NCBI GenBank assembly: GCA_964495475.1 | Contig: CAZBVY010000001.1 | Coordinates: forward strand, 4,239 to 68,238 | Direction of reading: 5' to 3' | DNA length: 64,000 nt | DNA from: an uncultured Pseudomonadales bacterium | GTDB taxonomy: Bacteria; Patescibacteriota; Microgenomatia; UBA1400; PJMF01 | Shown here: one piece after another, positions 59,208-64,000 of the stretch | How the letters are laid out: each line of letters opens with the position of its first letter | How positions within the stretch are numbered: the first letter of the stretch is position 1 | Translations under genes and position numbers: made by a program | The notes under the pieces: model-generated | Database searches by the model: none | What the model was told of the DNA's origin: nothing | The model's input: only the letters and a program-made list of their open reading frames with translations

Positions 59208-59618
59208 CTATAGTAAATCGCCAATTTGAAAATCATTTAAATAACTTCTGGCTGTATTAGAATGAGGAGTACCAGAACCCATTGGGCGAGTATTAAACAA
59301 AATAGTAGCATCCTTACCACAACCTTCTAATATAGCTTCCTTACCTGGGTGCATACCACCAGCTATATATGAAGTAACATCATAAACTTTACCACTAATA
59401 GCAAACCAGCAACTATCTTTAGTATTGTGTTTTTCTATTTCAGCGAGAGAATATTTGTTTATTGAGGGAGACGGATTAGTTTTCTCTGTAACTTTTTCCG
59501 TTGGTTTTTCAGCTTTAGTTTCTGGTATTTCTTGCTGAACTTTTTTATTGGATTTTTGATAAAAATAAAAGGCAGGGATTAAGACCAATACTAACAACAG
59601 TGGAAGAATTTTTTTCAT
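59208..59618 (-). CDS. Membrane-anchored cytochrome b5-like heme-binding protein
   Basis: KHN..CW..GKVYDVT..HPG..GKDAT..HS. Confidence 0.9.
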   Translation of the reverse strand: MKKILPLLLVLVLIPAFYFYQKSNKKVQQEIPETKAEKPTEKVTEKTNPSPSINKYSLAEIEKHNTKDSCWFAISGKVYDVTSYIAGGMHPGKEAILEGCGKDATILFNTRPMGSGTPHSNTARSYLNDFQIGDLL

Positions 59619-59727
59619 AAGTTACTTTTTATAATTTGTACTAATCTAACTTTTAACAAAAAAATATAAATAATACAACGACAACGTTGTCACACTTATT
59701 GCAAACCAGAGATGAAATACTATAAAA

Positions 59728-60507
59728 GTGGAACCACAAATTCTAATTAATGAAGTTCATCCTAATCCAGATTCTGGAAGTGAATGGATTGAACTACTGC
59801 TAATCACTGAAGAAACTAATGAAAATTTTAACCTAACGAATTTCACTATTTTTGACAGCGCTCGTCAAATCTATAAATTCAGCAATGAGCAATTTATCGA
59901 TCAAATACTAGTGATAGAAGTCAGTGGCCTCAATAATGATATTGACAGCGTTATCCTTAAAGATGAACTTGGTACGATTATAGATTCTTTTACTTATAAC
60001 CAAAGCGAAAAAGGACTAAGTTGGTCAAGAGAAAACAATGTCGATACTTTTATTCTCACGGTTCCTAGTCGAAATATAAAAAATCCATACATAACTCCCA
60101 CTCCAACTCTTACACCAACCACTACAATTACTCCTACTCTAACTCTCACACCAACACCAACTATCAACTTAACACCCATCAATACTCCAGCTCCCATTGC
60201 TCCACAAAAAAAGAATCAACAAATTGCTGATGATGAAATTAAACAAATATTTAAAACCTATGATTTAAATAAAATTAAACTAAATATACAAGACAAAGAA
60301 AATTTAAAAAGAGAACTACGCTTAGTTTTTATTGGTAAACAGATGGAACAGGCAGAGATCATAAATGCTATAATTGGAAGTTTTCTACTTATTCTAGGTG
60401 CCTGTCTTTTTATTTATGTCAAAATCAAAAATAAGCGCCACAACAAATTACTTACTTGCTTATTCATTGCCTGCGCTCTGGGCTGGAATAATTTTTTTCT
60501 TATCTAA
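59728..60507 (+). CDS. Lamin-tail-domain protein with Pro/Thr linker and C-terminal TM
   Basis: INEVHPNP..EWIEL, LNN..D.V; TPTPTLTP repeat. Confidence 0.8.
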   Translation: MEPQILINEVHPNPDSGSEWIELLLITEETNENFNLTNFTIFDSARQIYKFSNEQFIDQILVIEVSGLNNDIDSVILKDELGTIIDSFTYNQSEKGLSWSRENNVDTFILTVPSRNIKNPYITPTPTLTPTTTITPTLTLTPTPTINLTPINTPAPIAPQKKNQQIADDEIKQIFKTYDLNKIKLNIQDKENLKRELRLVFIGKQMEQAEIINAIIGSFLLILGACLFIYVKIKNKRHNKLLTCLFIACALGWNNFFLI

Positions 60508-60805
60508 TCAAGAAGTGCTTCCAGGTTTTTCAGTTTCTGTTTATGATTTCATTTTCAAAAAAACTGCACACATGTTCGTTTACGCTGTTTTATATCTTCT
60601 ACTTTTTAGAGCTTATAAAAAAACAAACAGTCAAAAAATCACCAAAAAGCATTATCTCGTTCCTATTTTCATAAGTTTACTTTATGCCCTTACTGATGAA
60701 TTTCATCAAAGTCTGGTGCCGGGACGTCATCCCACCATTAGAGATGCTGGTTATGATATGCTCGGAGTGTTAACTGTATTGTTGTATCAACTAAAATTGC
60801 TTTAA
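60398..60805 (+). CDS. VanZ family protein
   Basis: K.AHMFVYAVL, DEFHQSLVPGR. Confidence 0.9.
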   Translation: MPVFLFMSKSKISATTNYLLAYSLPALWAGIIFFLSNQEVLPGFSVSVYDFIFKKTAHMFVYAVLYLLLFRAYKKTNSQKITKKHYLVPIFISLLYALTDEFHQSLVPGRHPTIRDAGYDMLGVLTVLLYQLKLL

Positions 60806-60894
60806 TTACTTCTTGACTTACTGAATCAAAATAGTACACTTAAAATAGTATTTAACAGGTTCACCTCGAACCAATTATTATATAGAAAGGTGCC

Positions 60895-61170
60895 ATGACC
60901 AAATCAGATTTGATTAACGTCGTTGCCAAAAAAGCTCATTTAACTAAAAAAGCTTCCTTTGAGGCCGTAGAGGCAATGTTTGAAGAAATTATTAGAAGTT
61001 TGAAAAAAGGTGATAAAGTTGTTTTATCAGGTTTTGGTACTTTTTATGTAAACAAAGTCGATGATAAACATGTAGAACCATTTGGTGACAAGGCTAAAAG
61101 ACAATTAGTTAAAGCCCATAAAGTCATTAACTTCCGTGTTGGCAAACCTCTTAAAAAAGAGATTTGGTAA
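60895..61170 (+). CDS. hup: HU family DNA-binding protein
   Basis: MTKSDLI..LSGFGTF..FRVGKPLK. Confidence 0.9.
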   Translation: MTKSDLINVVAKKAHLTKKASFEAVEAMFEEIIRSLKKGDKVVLSGFGTFYVNKVDDKHVEPFGDKAKRQLVKAHKVINFRVGKPLKKEIW

Positions 61171-61193
61171 TTAGGAAAATTTAAACTGAACTT

Positions 61194-61222
61194 AAAAACC
61201 CGCTTAAAAAAGCGGGTTTTTT
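61194..61222. terminator. Bidirectional intrinsic terminator
   Basis: AAAAACCCGCTT-AAAA-AAGCGGGTTTTTT between convergent genes. Confidence 0.85.
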
Positions 61223-61243
61223 GTAACAAAAAATATATAAAGC

Positions 61244-61759
61244 TTAACGCTTTGGAGATTGACGTTTTCTTCTAGCTTTACCACCAGTACCAATTTTTCT
61301 GGTTTCTTTCATACGATCATCTCTAGATAACAAGCCAGCTGGTTTCAAAAAAGTACGAAACTCTGGATTAAAAGCAGATAAAGCCTTGGCTAAACCATTT
61401 AATAAAGCATCTAATTGAGAATTAATTCCTGATCCAGAAATTTTAGCACTCACTGCAAATTTTCCCTTAGTACCAGTCAATTCAAAAGGTTTTAAATAAA
61501 TAGTAGCAGCATTTCTGACATTGGCAAAATATTCAGATACTAATAAATCATTAACTACAAAATCACCTTGACCCTCATAAATACGTACTCTGGCACTGGC
61601 GACTTTACGACGGCCGATACCTTCGACATATTTTGTTTTTGGAAACTTAAAGTTTTTTTCGACTTCGACAGTTTTTTTATTACTGACAGCAACTGGGGTA
61701 ATTATTTTTTTAATTACCTTTTTGGCTTTAGCATTTTTCTTATTCATTCTTATTGCCAT
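61244..61759 (-). CDS. rpsI: 30S ribosomal protein S9
   Basis: GRRKVASARV, RDDRMKETRK, QSPKR. Confidence 0.95.
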   Translation of the reverse strand: MAIRMNKKNAKAKKVIKKIITPVAVSNKKTVEVEKNFKFPKTKYVEGIGRRKVASARVRIYEGQGDFVVNDLLVSEYFANVRNAATIYLKPFELTGTKGKFAVSAKISGSGINSQLDALLNGLAKALSAFNPEFRTFLKPAGLLSRDDRMKETRKIGTGGKARRKRQSPKR

Positions 61760-61760
61760 A

Positions 61761-62195
61761 TTATTTTGCCTTTTTTATCATTCCTTGATATGGATTTTCA
61801 TTGCCAATAATTACTTTTAATCTGTTAATTCTTTCATCTCTCAATCTGTTTTTTGGCAACATGTTTTTAACAGCTCTTTTAATCAATTTTTCTGGATTCT
61901 TGGCCAACATTTCTGCAAAAGTACGTTGTCTGAGTCCACCTGGAAAACCACTGTGCCAAGAATAAACTTTAGCAGTGGCTTTATTTCTGGTGACTTCAAT
62001 TTTTTCAGCATTGATTAAAACTACATAATCTCCACCATCTACATTAGGAGTATAAGTTACTTTGTTTTTGCCAATTAATTTTTCAGCAATTTCAGTAGCT
62101 AAACGACCCAATACTTTGCCGGTGGCATCATACTGCACCCATTCTCTTTGTACTTCTTCTTTCTTTTGAATAAAAGTTTTAAATTTTTGAAACAT
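61761..62195 (-). CDS. rplM: 50S ribosomal protein L13
   Basis: DATGKVLGRLA, YTPNVDGGD, HSGFPGG. Confidence 0.97.
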   Translation of the reverse strand: MFQKFKTFIQKKEEVQREWVQYDATGKVLGRLATEIAEKLIGKNKVTYTPNVDGGDYVVLINAEKIEVTRNKATAKVYSWHSGFPGGLRQRTFAEMLAKNPEKLIKRAVKNMLPKNRLRDERINRLKVIIGNENPYQGMIKKAK

Positions 62196-62719
62196 TATTT
62201 TTTCTCCTCTGTTTTCTTTGCTTTGCTAGCTGATTTCTTAGCAGGAGCTTTTTTAACTGCAGTTTTTTTAGCAACGACTTTGCTTTCAACTTTAGTTTCA
62301 GTTTTGGCTTCAGTCTTTTTTACAGTAGCAACTTTTTCTTTTTTCAAAGAAGAAAGTTTTAAATCTCCAGTAAGTAAAGATAATTTAAAAAGAACAGTAT
62401 TATCTCCACGTCTAGCTGCTAGTTTTTCTAAAGCGGTAAAACCAGATTTCTTTTCACCAAAAGCTGGAACAATTTTATCGACTAGGGTGTTAACCACGTC
62501 TCTTCTACCAAAAAATTTATGTAAGTCGCGACGAGCAGCTAAAGTATTTTTTGAAGCTGTAGAAATTAATTTATCAGCTAATCTTCTAACTTCTTTGGTT
62601 CTAGCTTCACTAGTTTTAATTTCACCATGTTTAAAAAGATCGCGCAAAAGATTCTTCAACAAAGCCTTACGACTTGAATTGTCTCTATTGAAATGCTTAG
62701 CTTTTACTCTGTGTTTCAT
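62195..62719 (-). CDS. rplQ: 50S ribosomal protein L17 with Lys/Ala-rich tail
   Basis: MKHR..IKTSEARTKE..RRGD. Confidence 0.95.
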   Translation of the reverse strand: MKHRVKAKHFNRDNSSRKALLKNLLRDLFKHGEIKTSEARTKEVRRLADKLISTASKNTLAARRDLHKFFGRRDVVNTLVDKIVPAFGEKKSGFTALEKLAARRGDNTVLFKLSLLTGDLKLSSLKKEKVATVKKTEAKTETKVESKVVAKKTAVKKAPAKKSASKAKKTEEKK

Positions 62720-62737
62720 AATAAACTTTCAAAAAAA

Positions 62738-63682
62738 TTAATCTGTTAAGACAACTCCTTTTTTACTAAGAGCTTCTTCGATAAGATCAATACTCTTGCC
62801 ACCCAAATTTTTTACTCTAGAAATTTCATCTTTAGGTGATTTGGTTAAATCAGCAACAGTTTCAAAACCACCTTTACGAAGAGCGTTAGCAATTCTGGTT
62901 GGTAAATCAAGTTCTTCTACTGTTAACTTCATGGTCTCAACTTCTTCAGGACTCATGCTAGTTAATTCTTCTTCAGCTTCTTTGATCACTGGATTCACAA
63001 TTTGATTAAATTGTGCAATTAAAATTTCAGCAGCTTGTTTGATGGCATCTAAAGGAGAAATGGAGCCATTGGTTTCAATATCAAAAACAATTTTATCAAA
63101 GTCAGTACGACGACCAACGCGAGTAGCCTCTACTTTATAAGAGACTTTGATCACTGGTGAAAAAAGAGCATCGACGGCAATTTGGCCAACAGCTTCTGTT
63201 TCAATTTCAGTAGCTAATTTATAACCTACGCCAGATTCAACAACCATTTCAATGCTTAAAGTTTTACCTTTGGCTAAAGTGGCTAAATATAAATCTTTAT
63301 TAATTACTTCAAAACCTGCTTCACATTCAATATCATTAGCAGTAACTTCTTTAGCACCTTTAACATTGAGGCGTAAAATTCCAGAATCATCAGATTCTGA
63401 TTTAATGCGCACTTGTTTAAGATTCAAAATTAATTCAACTACATCTTCAGTCATTCCCTCATAAGAGGTGAATTGATGAGCGACACCATCAATAGTTAAT
63501 TTAGTGATGGCTGTGCCAGGCAAAGAAGTTAATAATACTCTACGCAAAGCATTGCCTAAAGTGTGGCCGTAACCACTCTCTAGAGCTTCAATTACTATGG
63601 TAGAACGAAAAGCATCAGCCTCTACTTCGACTACGCTGAAGTTTGGATTCATGACTGCGCAATTTTTGATTTTATTTGACAT
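62738..63682 (-). CDS. rpoA: RNA polymerase alpha subunit
   Basis: GYGHTLGNALRRVLL, DALFSP, TRVGRRTDFD; likely start at 63682 (AAGGA RBS) or 63652 rather than 63760. Confidence 0.97.
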   Translation of the reverse strand: MSNKIKNCAVMNPNFSVVEVEADAFRSTIVIEALESGYGHTLGNALRRVLLTSLPGTAITKLTIDGVAHQFTSYEGMTEDVVELILNLKQVRIKSESDDSGILRLNVKGAKEVTANDIECEAGFEVINKDLYLATLAKGKTLSIEMVVESGVGYKLATEIETEAVGQIAVDALFSPVIKVSYKVEATRVGRRTDFDKIVFDIETNGSISPLDAIKQAAEILIAQFNQIVNPVIKEAEEELTSMSPEEVETMKLTVEELDLPTRIANALRKGGFETVADLTKSPKDEISRVKNLGGKSIDLIEEALSKKGVVLTD

Positions 63683-63740
63683 ATTTTCCTTTGTTTCATC
63701 TCTCTCCAGAAGGAGAAATCCGTTTCCGTAATTTATAATT

Positions 63741-64000
63741 TTATCTATTGTAATATTCAACGATTAATTGTTCTTCAACTTTTTCAGTGATATCTTCTCT
63801 CACTGGTAATTTACTAACATGAGCAGCTCCATTTTTGGCTTCTAACCAAGCTGGTAGCTTAACCTCTTGTTTCATAGCTTCTACGACTACTGGAATTTTA
63901 GCTGTTTTGGGTTTCATAGCCAAAACATCACCTACATTTAACTGATAAGAAGGAATATTCATTTTTTTACCATTTACAGTAAAGTGATCGTGATTAACTA
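63741..64000 (-). CDS. rpsD: 30S ribosomal protein S4, C-terminal part (truncated by window)
   Basis: NIPSYQLNVGD..EQLIVEYYNR upstream of rpoA. Confidence 0.95.
   Translation of the reverse strand, partial: VNHDHFTVNGKKMNIPSYQLNVGDVLAMKPKTAKIPVVVEAMKQEVKLPAWLEAKNGAAHVSKLPVREDITEKVEEQLIVEYYNR

Noticed and set aside
60091-60200. Tandem ACTCC/ACACCA repeats
   Set aside because: Explained by the Pro/Thr protein linker
63683-63760. N-terminal extension of RpoA overlapping rpsD
   Set aside because: Start-call artefact; a better RBS and start lie at 63682 or 63652
1-64000. Stop-codon reassignment (code 25 or amber recoding)
   Set aside because: RF2 is present, TGA and TAG terminate normal genes, and core ORFs are full length; the TAG at 50362 is isolated

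Overview
AT-rich bacterial chromosome segment, most consistent with a Patescibacteria/CPR (Microgenomates-like) genome using genetic code 11. The assignment is inferred from gene content (DUF5659-like, DUF4012, multiple GT-C paralogs, rpsD-rpoA-rplQ-rplM-rpsI order). About the first 15-16 kb is an integrated element: a frameshifted large serine recombinase, a terminase-small-like HTH, a phage-type replication initiator with iteron-like repeats, an XRE/C-like regulator with C-box-like operators and an excisionase-like HTH. Its cargo is a four-gene C7-cyclitol operon (cupin, EEVS-type sedoheptulose-7-phosphate cyclase, ROK kinase, SDR fused to a 2H-like domain) and an Avs-like nuclease-STAND-TPR protein. 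The rest is mostly core genome: uppP, prfB, ftsEX with a circularly permuted M23 protein, hsp20 with tandem CIRCE, metK with a SAM riboswitch, an ArsR-suf-mnmA operon, HU and ribosomal protein genes. There are three tRNA-Ser genes, one with the very unusual anticodon ACT. A DUF3892/AlbA_2/trypsin-protease islet follows tRNA-Ser(GCT), and an unexplained 165-nt structured element sits at 31611-31775. All family assignments come from motif recognition by eye, not database searches.
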